A DNA stretch of 63,636 nt, filler included, from Hyphochytrium catenoides (lineage: Eukaryota; Protista; Hyphochytriomycota), in the NCBI GenBank assembly GCA_900088475.1. It is 8 parts of 8 records of this genome, joined end to end, with 100 filler letters (N's around TTAATTAATTAA, not from the genome) between each part and the next. Parts side by side here need not be neighbours in the genome. Positions count along the whole stretch, not along the records: positions 39,660 to 51,855 come from FLMG01004758.1; positions 51,956 to 55,516 come from FLMG01004409.1; positions 55,617 to 60,645 come from FLMG01004159.1; positions 60,746 to 61,922 come from FLMG01001898.1; positions 62,023 to 63,636 come from FLMG01003704.1; 3 more parts are not named here. The stretch is one strand, 5' to 3'. The notes under the pieces were generated by a model. That model made no database searches. It was not told the DNA's origin and saw only the letters and a program-made list of their open reading frames with translations. Positions 51,579 through 63,636 of this stretch are shown in pieces; position 1 is the first letter of the stretch; every line of letters starts with the position of its first letter. Position numbers and translations under genes: made by a program.

Positions 51579-54406
51579 GAGAGAGAGATGGGTGTAATGC
51601 AGAAGGAAGAGAGTGTTAATTTAAATTGATGATAGGGCGAGAGCGAGAGAATGGTACAGGAAGAGAGAGAGAGAGAGAGACAGTTAGAGAGAGAAAGATA
51701 TGGGAAAGCAAAAGTTGTGCTGTCCCAGCTCTTCAACGGCTCATTGTTGGCTAAAGCTGACGCTCTTTCTTTCTTAACATCGATCCTTTCTCCTCTTCAT
51801 TTGTTTGCCTCCTCCCTTCCTTTTCTCTCTTACCTTTGCCCTCTCTCTCTCTCTCNNNNNNNNNNNNNNNNNNNNNNNNNNNNNNNNNNNNNNNNNNNNT
51901 TAATTAATTAANNNNNNNNNNNNNNNNNNNNNNNNNNNNNNNNNNNNNNNNNNNNATATCTCTCTCTCTCTCTCTCATTCTCTCTCCCTCTCTCTCTCTC
52001 TCACTCTCACTCCCTCCCTCTCCATCTTCCGCTCGTTCCGTTTTGTCGATACTTAGCCTTCCCTAATTCTCTCGCTCTCTACTACTGTACATCTCCTCTG
52101 TCTTGCCCCACCAGCGCCTGACAGTCCTGCCTTTGGCCTTTGCTCGGCCACGCTGACTACGTACTGTTGTGAGCACAACAAGGCAAGTACCGTCTACTTC
52201 TATCCTCAAAAGTCACGAGTAGGGATTCCCCAGCAACTTTTAGGCTTTCTTTCACGAGAGCCCTGCTGCAGGGTACAAGTAGCTTGTTAGCTTACGAGAA
52301 GTGTGAAGAGCGGACAAATTCTTTTGCCACTTGCTTGGAAGAAGGGCTAAGCCTCCTCCTTGCAGTCCTTGCACGTACGACATCTGTATTATGTTAGGCT
52401 CATCGCATGGAATGGGCCTAACTCAAACAACAAGCTACGCCGTTCTACTAGGCAATGCCAAGTCAGCGGCAATATTAGGCGGCCAACAGTGGGGAAAAGT
52501 CAGCAGCAGCAGCAGCAGCATCTGCATTCAGCGACAGCAGCTATGCGTAGGAAGTACTCCTTCCCACTTTGACTGCCTGTTGCACCTTTCGATGCGATGA
52601 TCTGGACATTCGCGCTGGTGTCCTAACAGGGATATTGATTGCTAGCAGCGGGCAGGCAATGCCACTTCGTTCTTCTTCTTCCTCGTGTCCCGTTGCTGTT
52701 CTTGCTAGTAGTACTAGTAGTAGTAGAAGAAAGGTTAGCTTCCTCTTCCGAGTCCTCATCATTATCATCAGTGGATTGCCTCCTGCATCATGCAGCAGAA
52801 GGGTTATTCTCGAGAAGATTGAGCTAAGGGATGATGGGTGAAGATGGTGCTCCTCCTCTCTGTCTCGATGAGATAAGGCGTTGCGCTTTATTTCCCTTTG
52901 TCTATGACGCTCTATATCGCGAATTCTTCACGAAGCCGTCTTCCTACTGCATTGCTCTGAACGAGGGTATGCACCATCCTCGCCGTTGTCTCGTCATCAA
53001 CGGAAACCCGTTGTCTCTGCCAGCCTGACGCACACTCAGTAGCTCACTAAGTGGTGAAATAGAACTACATTCTCTGGCTCTCTCTTGTCCTCTTCTCTCT
53101 TTTGCAGGGATGCCTTAGCGCGGCTAGGAGTGTGGGCGACCGCAGGTCTCGGTCTGTCTAGCTATCATCATGAGGGCAGGCTATCCTATTACAGGGCACA
53201 GCTGAGGCCAGAGGCCCTGGCGAGGAGGAGAAGGAGCTAGTGCTAACGAGGCGGCAAGAAGTGCTCCTCTGGATATAGCAACAGATGGGTGATCGGGGTG
53301 CTGGAAGGGTTCAGCGCAGACAGACGTGTAAGCTACCAATAGTCCAACCTTATGCGTGACTGATTGATGCCAGCGATACGGAAGCAACAGCCTCCTGAAA
53401 GGAAGGAGCTCCATCCCCAATCGGGCAGTTAATGACGATACAAGGAATGGTGTCCACGGAGAGAGACAGAGAGAGAGAGAGAGTTGATAGTAAAGCAGCT
53501 GCACGCGGTCAGTATGTTCCCTATTTATGGCACTGGGACGATGTCAGGGTACTCTATACGCTCCAAACTTCGTCTAGGAGAGCGCAACACCTAACAAGCT
53601 TATGCAGCAGGCAGAACTGCCTGTCCAATGTGCTGCCACCAGTCCTCTGACTGTAACCTATGATGAGGCTTTGGAGAGACATCTTTGGTGGGTTCTTTTT
53701 CTATCTGCCTATTAAGTTATGTGGGCAAGAGGGAGAAAAGAGGAACTTCCTCTCGACTCGCAACCCGTCGACCGGGGGTGTCGGTGCTGGTCCAGGGTTG
53801 AGACGCTTAAGAGCGTAGAGCCCTGAACCTAGTGCTTGTCCTAGGGGACAAAAGAGACCGGCAGCTGTGACAGCAGCAGGAGGAAGCGGTGCTTGATGCG
53901 GCTTGAAATGGGCGCAATCGGTACTAGACATAGCCAGGATATATTAGGAGGGAGAAATGAAAGCAGTGCATCGAAGGGAGGAGGGAACAAGGCGAAGAGG
54001 GGCAGAGTGAGGAGAGAGAAAGAGAGCTAAGAGAGAGAGAGAGAGAGAAAGAGAGGGAGAGACAGCGGACAGAGAGGGAGACTGACAGAGAGAGAGAGAG
54101 AGAGAGAAAGAAGGAAAGAATATTTGACGAATGACGGTTTGTAACGATCTTGCGCATTATGTATAAGGTCTAAAAAGCGGAATCCTATCCTTGATCATGG
54201 TTTGTGTCATTCGGAATATGATGTTAGAGTGACGTTTCAGGTGCTTTTTTGCTTGTTTCGGTAGGCGGGCACCCAGTGTGCCAGAGAGAGAAGGCGAGAG
54301 AAAGTGAGAGCGAGAAAGGTGAAAAAAAGAGACGGGAAGCAAGACGGAGAAAGATAGAGAGCAAGAATAATAGAAAGAGAGAGAGAGAGGAAGAGCCAGA
54401 GAGAGG

Positions 54407-54471
<65 letters not shown>

Positions 54472-54982
54472 TCGTACATTGAAAGAGAACATGTATCAGG
54501 GAGTGAACCAGCAGACCAATCTATAATAGAGTGCGGTAGGTCAAGAAAGAGAGGGAGAGAGAAAGAGAAAGGGAAGAAGAGCACAGGCAAAAGGAATGAT
54601 GGCAGAACCCTGGTTGCCAGCTAGATAAATATCCATGAGACGGAGAGACAGAGAGAGCGAGAGGGAGAGAACGGGTGAGAGAGAGAGAGTAGCTCCACGG
54701 AGAGAGACTGTAAAGCTTCTCTTATACCTCAACAACTCCGTGGACGGTTGATGGTGAGGCTCGCGCAGCGCGGACATGGCTCGGCTCTCTATTCAAAAGC
54801 TGCGGTATATATTGGTCCTCTCTCCTTTTCTCTCTCCTCCTCTTCTTCTCTCTCCCTCTCTTTCTCTCTCTCTTTCTCTCGCCTCTTTGATGTGAGCACG
54901 GAAGGAAAGAGAAGCGTTTCCTTTACCTCCTCCTGAAGAGGGAAGGCGAGTCTCTCTCTCTCTTGTCCGCAAATCAGGAAAG

Positions 54983-55282
54983 ATGTCTCTCCCTCCCGTT
55001 CCCTATGACGACTATAAGAGAGCCAGACAAAAAGCATATGCCGAAGGTGTGTCCCTTAACCAAGAGACTATAAGTTCACCTGTTCTCTGTCCTTTCTCTC
55101 TCTTCCCCACNNNNNNNNNNNNNNNNNNNNNNNNNNCTCTCTCGCTTTTTTCAGGGCATGTTCTCTTGCTCTTTCTCTGTACCATCTCCTTTCCGCCGGC
55201 TAAGCAGAGACTCTTTCCACTTCTCGTCTTCACAGAACTGGACAAGCAGATTGAAGAGAAGAAGACGATGATCCGCAATGAG
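54983..55282 (+). CDS. 5' fragment of a hypothetical coiled-coil protein
   Basis: MSLPPVPYDDYKRARQKAYAE|ELDKQIEEKKTMIRNE joins in phase across a GT-AG intron. The KAYAEELDKQIEEK motif recalls ciliary/centrosomal coiled-coil repeats (CSPP1/CCDC66-like). Confidence 0.45.
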
Positions 55283-56654
55283 GTTCTCTTCTTTCTTCTC
55301 TCCCGGTGGCATCGAGCCATTCTCTCCTTTTCAACGCATCTCGCCCTATCTCTCCCTTCTTTTCCTCCCTTACTCATCCCCTCTCTAGCTCCCTCGCATC
55401 GTTTCTCAGCCTCTCTCTCTCTCTCTCTTCGTGTCTCTTTCTCCCCCTACACACACAGACAGAGAATATCTACCTCTCAGCAGTCTTTCTTTGTGGATTG
55501 ATCTCTTCTATTTGCCNNNNNNNNNNNNNNNNNNNNNNNNNNNNNNNNNNNNNNNNNNNNTTAATTAATTAANNNNNNNNNNNNNNNNNNNNNNNNNNNN
55601 NNNNNNNNNNNNNNNNTCGGGGTAAGTTACTTCACACTATAGCTTAGTCCGACAGAACATATACATATTTATTACGGAGTAGATTTTCCGTTTCCAGATA
55701 CAAAAAAGAATGTAGCTTTCTCTGTACCAGAACTCAAGAAGAAGGAGGAAGACGAAGAACTCTTTGGTCCAAGGCAATTTGTCCGTCGATCACGGGAGAG
55801 TCGTCGCACTGATGATGGAACTCGGATTCTTCGTGCTGACTTCTCGTCTCGGCGGAGGAGACTGATTGATGTGATGAGAGCGCCGTGTGCGTGGTCAGGA
55901 GATCTCAGAGAGAAGAGGGACGAAGAGCATTAAGAAAAAGACAGAGAAAGAAAGAGGGAGCTGATGATGGTGGGGTCACACCACGGAGACAACACTAGAG
56001 AAAGAATGATGAGGGAGCCGGAGGAGAGACAGAAGTCTTGATTAGACATCTTCTACGCGAGGACGATAAATGGGCGGAGGGGGAGACGCCAAGCAGACCA
56101 ACAGAACTTTCTCCACGAACTGAATGGAGAGATGATGGTTGAGCCCGCCCAGTAACGTAATGGGACTGTAGAAGCAGGAACAAGGAAAGGAAAGATACGG
56201 AAAACTCACGTGCGAATGAGGAGAGAGAGGTCGGAGAGAGGTCTGAGAGAGAGAGAGAAAAAGAGAGAGAGGGGAAGAAGATCAGAGAGAAGAAAGAGCA
56301 AGAGAGCAAAGAGGAAGGACAGAGACTTTGAACATGACACGAAAGACCTGGAAAGAGCGGAAGCGATAGCGATTGCGGAGGGTGATAAACGCTTGTCATC
56401 ACACACCCTGCTTCCTCCACGTTTATTGTGGCTCTCTTTCCCTCTTCCTTTGAGATGGCTTTTTCTCCCTCGATCAGCGGCAGACGAGTCATTGTCCTTC
56501 ATTCTTGATTTTGACGCTTCCGTCTCAGGTCGATCCGGTGCTGCGCCATATCTCGCTCTCGCTTCCCCTATTACTACTTCCATCTATATTCTCCAACACT
56601 TTAGGATTAACGACTTAGCAGCTACTGCCTCGTAGCTTTCTCTTCGCAAAGATC

Positions 56655-56981
56655 ATGAGCCATACACGACCATTTGGAGAGGGAGAAAAGAGCAGAAGGC
56701 CAACAAGGCGCCCACGCCTTATTTTCCTGTCCCTTCTCATTCTATTCCTCGTGTACTTCACTGAATCAATTGCTGCTGCTCCTCGTTTTGTCCGCGTACG
56801 TCGTGGCACGCCGCCCAAAGCTGCTAAAAAAGATCCTCAAAATAGAAGAGGAAGGCAGTATGATGATGCTGAAAAGCTTCAAGATCGAAGAGCCGCCCGG
56901 CAGCGGACATATGAGCTGATTCAAGCCCGAGTAAAGAAAGCACAAGAGCAAAAACAAGGACTTGGTGATCCCCAACAATAA
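56655..56981 (+). CDS. Hypothetical small basic protein with signal peptide
   Basis: RRPR-LIFLSLLILFLVYFT-ESIAA n/h/c-region pattern, then an Arg/Lys-rich mature part. No domain recognised. Confidence 0.35.
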   Translation: MSHTRPFGEGEKSRRPTRRPRLIFLSLLILFLVYFTESIAAAPRFVRVRRGTPPKAAKKDPQNRRGRQYDDAEKLQDRRAARQRTYELIQARVKKAQEQKQGLGDPQQ

Positions 56982-59942
56982 GTGAAAGATGGGAGACGAC
57001 GCCAAACAGAGGCAACAAGGCGACAAGCGCAGTAACATGTATTCGAGAAGGAGAAAGAAGGCGCCCGTAACTCGCTGCAACAAGAGTCTGAAGGAAAAGA
57101 AGGCGCCTCCTGTAACTCGCTGCAACAAGAGGCTGTCGAAAGCCGTTGAGACCGCTAAAACGCGAGGAAGCCGTGACGGAGCAGGCTGAGACTTTCGAAG
57201 GCGGCCGCTGGTAGTGAACGATGCTATTCTTGGGCCTGCTGTACTAACAATTGAAAGAAAGGGAAAGGAGAGGAAGAGCGCCACTCCTCTTACCAATAAG
57301 AAGATTGTCTAATAGATACTCCTGCCTGACCTCTCTTGTCCTACTGAGACTTCTTCTTCGTTGGCGAGGTGTATTCGTGTGTGTGCCCGCAGCTGCTCAT
57401 ATAACGGCCAAACCCATCTCTTCCCTGGGTTTTGCTCTTCCAATGGACGCTGTCCATGGGCGAGCGCCACTGAATCTGTGGAACCGCACGAGATATTATC
57501 CTCGAAAGCAGCAAAGTAGTACTGTACGGCAGCACCACATCGCTCCTGGATTTTGTCTGCTTTGATTAAGGGGCATCATGATGACCACCATCGTGACACG
57601 AAGATTGCTTTCCGCGCCTTGTTAGCAGTGGCATTGTTTGTTGAAGCCGCCGATGATGGAGGAGGTGAAGCTCCTGGCGTACGTACAGAGCCTGAGATTA
57701 TTTGTTGCACCTGATGAGCTGCTGGCTAAGCGGTAGCTCATGGCTTCTTCATTCCGTGCATCAGTAGATGTTTTGTGGACAAACTTTCAGCCCATCCCAG
57801 GCTATGTCCGCCCAGGTCAGTTGGCGGCATTGGCCCCGATGCCATACAAAATATAGGATGTAGGTCATCAATTGGAAGATTCATCTGCCGTCATGGGGCT
57901 TGCGTAGCTGTAACGACGTTTCCAACGCTTGCCTGAGCAATAGTCGAATGAGGCATACATGTATCAGAACTGCGCGCGTCTGTTGGCCCCTACGCCTCGT
58001 CGTTCCTGCGTGAAGGGAGTTGGCTGCTGCTGCTGCTTGATGTTTTTACTCACAGTGCCTGGTGCCACGGTTGTCATAGTAGCCTTTGCGGTGACTGCAT
58101 CGTCAGTGGTGTTCCGTCGGAGAAAGCACCTCTCCTCGTAGAATTTCTTGAGACTCTTCACAGCCTCAGTGGCAGCAAAGGCCAGTTGTTTAGCTAATGT
58201 AGGTGGTGGTGTTGTCAGGCCGGTGCCTATTGGCAAACTGATGTTGTTTGATGGAAGCCATTGGACCAGCAGCTAGCTGAGATATGCGCCGTCAGACATC
58301 CTCGGTCGCGTCGTAGGTCGTGAATGGCATGTCTGTTCGATGACGCTCTACCCTCCAATAAAGAGCATATAGGTCGACGACGTGATAGGCTCGCCAGGTG
58401 TCTCCTGCCTAGATGCCTACAAGATGCCGTCTCGCCCCCTCACAATCAGGTGAGCCTGTATCAATCAGGTGAAGCTGTATCGAGGTCTCTGATCGCAACA
58501 GTGCTTCTTCAGGAGGAGCTGCTGGCTTTCATACATCTACTTTGCTCGCTATCACCCTGGCCCATTGTCTGACTCCCTCCGACCACTGAAGAATTTTTTG
58601 TCTGGAGATAGAATGCTGACTGCGGGACCGTCATTAGTGTCGGCCACCATAGAGAGCTTCCCCGTCGCGGCACATCATTATCCCTATCCCGCCTTGGTCG
58701 GATCATGCTATGCTGGAGGCTCCCTAGGTATTAACTTATGTAGCCCCTCAGATAGGTGATAGTACCGTTAGTCAAGATGGTGGGAAGGAATCTGTGCTTT
58801 CTTTCTTTGCTCTTCGTTAGTTAGTGAGCTAAAACACGGTCATTACTTATGCGCGTGGGGCCAAGTGCCTCCTTCTACTTGCTCCAGCTAGGCAGCCAAG
58901 AAAGCTCTTAGACTAGTGATGTCATGCGCCGGTCTGATACCCAAGCCAGAGCCTTATCCATCCCGTTGCTCTTATCCATCCCGGTGCTCTTGTCACAGCG
59001 GGGTGAACAGAAGGGAACTTGTACTGCAGTTTTGAAGATTGTGTGTAGGAAGCTCTAGTACCGCTGCTGCTGGGTATCATTCTTCTGGCGGGGCAAAGTG
59101 ACGAAGAGAGAAGATCGATGAAGAAGGCGGCGAAAGTCGTATGATAATAATGATGATGTTGAGATGAGCTGAAGAAGAGTGTTTGTAGTAGGGATGATAT
59201 CGGGAGAGCAAGGAGTAAGAAGATGTAGCTGGTGGTGCCTTGCCAAGAGTAAAGCAGCTGCCGTTTGATAGGTAGAATCTGTATTATCGTGGCATGTCCC
59301 GCACTTCTTGTTGGCGATCAGGATTGTGTGATGGTGGCGGCTATTAAGTCCTTCATCATGTGTCAATTGTAGAGGATGACTCGCCTACTCTTTTGAGAAA
59401 AGGCTTTCTTCATCGATCTTTCTGCTATTCTCCGTCGTCTCGAGTTCAAAAACAACCCTTCCCTCCCTCTACTTCAGTGTCTCCCCCTCTTCTTACGCTG
59501 CCCAAGGCAATAAATATTGATAAAGATGACAGCTTTCAGACCTGTCGACCCTACGCCAGAACGGAGTGGACCACAGTCGTCACACTCATTAAGATAAAGA
59601 CTAGCTTCAAAAAGCCAATACATATTAGTAAGCCACTATCAGCAGCCATAGCGCTCCAGGTCTAAGGGTCTAGAGCATCTCCTGGACGCTTATCTCTATG
59701 CATAGGGAAACACTTTCTATCGACTCTTCTCGTCTGTTTCAAAGCTTCTCGACTGCCGGTTAAATTCTCTAATCTCAGTATCCTTATAAAGCTGGGCCAG
59801 ATCCTTGCTCGAGCCGTTCTACAGGCTGCGCCTGTTCCCTTTCTTCTACTGAAAAGTGTCCCTGTGTCCTCCTCTTATTGACACTCTTTAAAGGTAAAAG
59901 CTCGTGTCCAGCAGGGGTGACGGCTATCTATTAATCCGGGCG

Positions 59943-60645
59943 TCAAGGGTTTGAAGAGGGAGAAGATGCTACGGAAAAGGCGTCGTCCTCTTCTTCTTCC
60001 TCGTCGGAGTATACTGCCACGGCGGGGATGGCCTCGCTGACCATTACAGCTCTGATGGGGCTTGTAGCTACCACGGCTTCTGCAGTTAGGGGAGCTCTCG
60101 TGCCGCAAATAGTGCAGAAGCTAGCATTAACCAGCAATCTAGATCCACACGCAGAACAATGGCTCACATCCCCATAGTTCCTAGGTACTGGCGACGAAGG
60201 ACAAGACTCCTCAGGTGATGATGCAGGCGGGGCGCTAGGATGCATCCCAGAAGGGGCAGCTGGGATAGACCTGGGTTGAAGGCCATTATTTCCTATCTGT
60301 GCAGCAGCAGAAGCAGCAGGAAGTAGAGAGACTCCTGCACCCGCATTTGGCACGAACAGAGAAGAACTAGCAGCGCTTATTGCCGCTTGGCCCTGGGAAG
60401 AGGAAGACGAGGAGAAGGCAGGAGCATAATTGAAGGGATGAGAGGAGGAAGTAGAGGTAGAAGGAGGAGGACGAGGAAATGGCGCTGCGGGAGGCGTCGC
60501 ATGAAGAATATGAGCTACATCTTCGAGTCCTTCCTTCTGCGATGGTCGTCCTCGTCTCTTGAGCTTATAGACAATCAGAACGACGAGCACAATGGCCACC
60601 ACAGCCGCCGCTAGAGCGATGCCAATGATCGTTGCCAACGACTTT
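59943..60645 (-). CDS. C-terminal part of a single-pass membrane protein with Pro/Ser-rich tail and zinc ribbon (5' cut by contig end)
   Basis: TM IIGIALAAAVVAIVLVVLIVY followed by KLKRRGR stop-transfer; zinc ribbon CSACG...ASFCTICGT. Confidence 0.75.
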
Positions 60646-62269
60646 NNNNNNNNNNNNNNNNNNNNNNNNNNNNNNNNNNNNNNNNNNNNTTAATTAATTA
60701 ANNNNNNNNNNNNNNNNNNNNNNNNNNNNNNNNNNNNNNNNNNNNCTCTCTCTCTCTCTTTCATATCTTTGGAGGAGCTGCAACTCGCTGCAAGTTGTTA
60801 TAACTCTTGATTGTAAGTACAAATATTTGTAGAACCTCAATCCGTACTTGTACTTGCAGAACTATCTAAATAGAGCGGCTAGTAGAATATAACAACTTCG
60901 TTAAAGAAGAAGACAAGATTTGGCACCAAAACTGTATTTTCGTCAAAGCGACATAGGTTATAGCCCTTTCCAACTTCTTGCCTATGAGCCGAACCTAAGT
61001 TATATTTCTGAAGCTTCGTTCTCTTATAATTCCTAGAACACTAGGAAAGTCAAACTTAGGTCTCTTGTTCTGTGAAAGAGGGCTTATTAGAAAGGGCAAT
61101 TCTCGGCTTAATCTAGGGTGGCGCGCCTTCCACCTAACACGGGCAATGGAGCGAAAGTAGAACGCAAAACGGCGCGCCCTCGAGGACATTCATTCTTCAG
61201 CTTAAAAAAGTTCCGCTGCGAGGCGGCGGTGGAGCAGCAGCAAATGCTTTCTTCTTTCCTGGGAGCACGGAGAAGGAGGCGGCGATGTAGGGGCTGTAAG
61301 AAGATGAAGAAGAAGGAGGTTCTGGGGATGATGAAGATGAGTGTTCAGTGGCTGCGGGAAAGAGAAGGAAGGTCCAAGAAGAAGGCAGCTGCGTCGCCAC
61401 CGGTGGAATGTGGTTGACTCAGCAGAATGGAGGACAGAGGGAGAGAGAGTCTTCTTCCTCCTCTGACACTGGCAGTTCATCAGCAATAAAGCTTCTTTGT
61501 CTTCCTTGGTACATTGAGACCTAGTCCTTCTTACCGGTGGCCAGCAGGATGGGGGCTCTGTTTCTGCCTTCCGTAAAGACTGTGATCATCTTTTCATCGT
61601 CATGCCTCATTATATGTATGGAGAGTGGATAGGCGCCACATCGTCTTCCACTCCTGCTCCGCTGGCGGTTGCCTCTCAGAGGGGACCTGCTTGCTACTTC
61701 GTGGCTCGGTTAGGAAACCAAAGAAAGAAGGAAGATCGAGGCCAGCATAGTCCCTTTGCCCTGGCGTCATCTAGCTCTCAGTCATTCACTTTCTACGAAC
61801 CACACAGCCCGGTCTAACCTCTCTGGCTCGTCTTAGATCCGTAGCCAAAGTAGCCCTGACACAGAGCTCTTAGCACAGCGATTGTTCCTGACCTTCCATC
61901 TCTTCAAGGATGCAGGTTGAGGNNNNNNNNNNNNNNNNNNNNNNNNNNNNNNNNNNNNNNNNNNNNTTAATTAATTAANNNNNNNNNNNNNNNNNNNNNN
62001 NNNNNNNNNNNNNNNNNNNNNNGAGAGAGAGAGAGAGAGAGAGAGAGAAAAAAACACAAACAGAAACAGAAAAAAAGTGAGAGAAAGAGAAAGAGAAGAG
62101 AGAAAAGGAAAACAGAGAGAATAGGAAAAAAGAGAGAAAATGAAAGGAGAGAGAGAAAATGGAAGAAGATAGAGGAAAGGGAGACAAAGTGAGAATAAAG
62201 AGCCAGAAAGAGAAAAGGAAAGAGAAAAGAGAATTTTGAGAGCGACGGAGAGTGAGCACGCGCGCGCGC

Positions 62270-62316
<47 letters not shown>

Positions 62317-62341
62317 AGGGAGAGAGAGTGTGACTGCGCAC

Positions 62342-62547
62342 CAGTTTGATGGCCAAGCAGTTGGTAGAGAGTCCCAGGTCGATGCCCATCACGTCCTTCA
62401 CGCGCCTAAGATCCTGAGTGGAGCGCTGGTCCGCTCTCTTTCTTCCTCCTTCTTCTCTCTCTCCTTCTCTCTCTCCCTCTTCCTCCTCCAGCCCCAGCTC
62501 CCGCCGCTTAACCCTGTTAGAGGCATGGACAATATATCTCGCAGCTG

Positions 62548-62591
<44 letters not shown>

Positions 62592-63500
62592 GAAGGAGGA
62601 GACAGAGACAGAGCCACGGAGAGAGAGAGCGGGGGGGAACAAGGGAGAGAGGGAAAAGGGAGATAAGAACGTTAAATGAGAGAAATAAAAAGAGATAGGG
62701 AGAAGAGAGAGAGAGAGAGAATTTATTAAGAGGAGAGAGAGGAAGTCAAAAGAGAAGAGAGGAAGAGCATCAATTGAGAAAGAGGCAAAGAAATACAGAG
62801 AAAGAAAGCAAACTGAGACAGGGGAGAGGAAAGAGAGAGAAAGAAAAGAAGGAGAAAGAGACTTACTGAGAGCCACACCCGCGACACCCAAAGCTACTAA
62901 TAAAGGCCTGTCAAACGCAAGAGAGAGAGAGGAAAGAGGGAGAATGGAAGAGAAGAAGAAAGATACGATTAAGAGAGAGAGAAGGGGAGAGAAGGAAGGA
63001 GAGAGAGAGAAGAGAGAGAAGGTAGACGAGCAGGAGGGAAGGGAGACGGCACGTTAGAGGAGATAGAGATCAACAACAAGGAGCTTTGTAAGGAAAGAGA
63101 AAGAGAAAGAGGAAAGAGAGAGAGAGAGAGGGTGCGAGAGAGAGAGAAAAAGAGAGAGAAGGGGGGGGGGCGAGGGAGGGAAAGGGAGAAAGAGTGAGAT
63201 AAGAGAGTAAGAGTGGAGCGGGATACAGCCTGCGAGGAAAAGAGGAGAGAAAGATGAGAGAGGAGAGAGAGAGAGAGTGAGAGAGGTCAAGCGGGCGATG
63301 GAGAGAGACAAAGCGAGTCACTCCCACCATGCCTCTCTCCTGTTGGAGAGATGGTATTCCCGGTAGCCATGCACCGCCTTCGCTCTCTTCTCTTCTTCTT
63401 TCTCTCTCTTTCTCTTCCCCCAGGAGAGACCCACGCCCCGGCCAAGCAGCGGACGGCGGATGGCCGGAGACAGAGCTCGGAAGGGGCTCAGTCCAAGCAT
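62342..63500 (-). CDS. 5' part of a putative mitochondrial, membrane-anchored Hsp70-like protein (cut by contig end)
   Basis: MLGLSPFRALSPAIRRPLLGR...REYHLSNRREAWWE|PLLVALGVAGVALT|ARYIVHA...DVMGIDLGLSTNCLAIKL, with splice phases consistent. GIDLG is the Hsp70 phosphate-1 motif. Confidence 0.55.
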
Positions 63501-63636
63501 TTGAGAGAAGAGAGAGGGAGAGACAAACAGAAAAGAAAAGAGAGAGAGAGAGACACCACCGAAGAGCAGCTTCTACTGTTTATATAGTGAATGTATGGGA
63601 ATGGAGCAGCGGTCCAATGGAGAGAAGAAGCTGGTG

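Noticed and set aside
52100-52768. Alternative genetic code suggested by coding-like stretches with in-frame stops, such as the signal-peptide-like ORF 52541-52768
   Set aside because: Conserved genes end at TAG (MRPL21, EMC6), TAA (carboxypeptidase, ZNF598) and TGA (STPG) and have no internal stops; these stretches are better read as decayed or non-coding.
57780-57860. Minus-strand YFVWHRGQCRQLTWADIAW resembling tyrosine recombinase box I
   Set aside because: One short motif among stops, with no H-x-x-R or catalytic Tyr box found.

Overview
Eukaryotic genomic DNA with spliceosomal GT-AG introns and the standard genetic code. It is a concatenation of 8 separate contigs joined by artificial 100-nt spacers (44N-TTAATTAATTAA-44N), so adjacency across spacers has no biological meaning. 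The source has mitochondria and probably a flagellum; a stramenopile-like protist is a weak inference. Contig 1 (1-10649) is compact, with short introns and no microsatellites. It holds a 1224-aa gene with an unusual architecture (chalcone-isomerase-like fold, START, START, chalcone-isomerase-like fold, PH, C-terminal membrane anchor), a bacterial-type M14 carboxypeptidase with 5 introns, mitochondrial bL21, an orphan spliced gene, EMC6, and a 22-nt motif shared by two divergent promoters. Most other contigs are flooded with (TC)n/(GA)n repeats. They encode a PH + degenerate (probably ATPase-dead) myosin head + IQ protein, ZNF598/Hel2, a fungal-type phosphoketolase, a rhomboid pseudoprotease, a SHIPPO/STPG-repeat protein, a possibly secreted beta/gamma-crystallin with a decayed paralog, a ThiE/TenI-like protein, and a membrane-anchored Hsp70-like fragment. 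Most entries in the ORF track are microsatellite artefacts. Gene models were spliced by eye and family calls come from motif recognition; no database search was run. The best candidate for an undescribed system is the CHI-START-START-CHI-PH-TM lipid-transfer protein.
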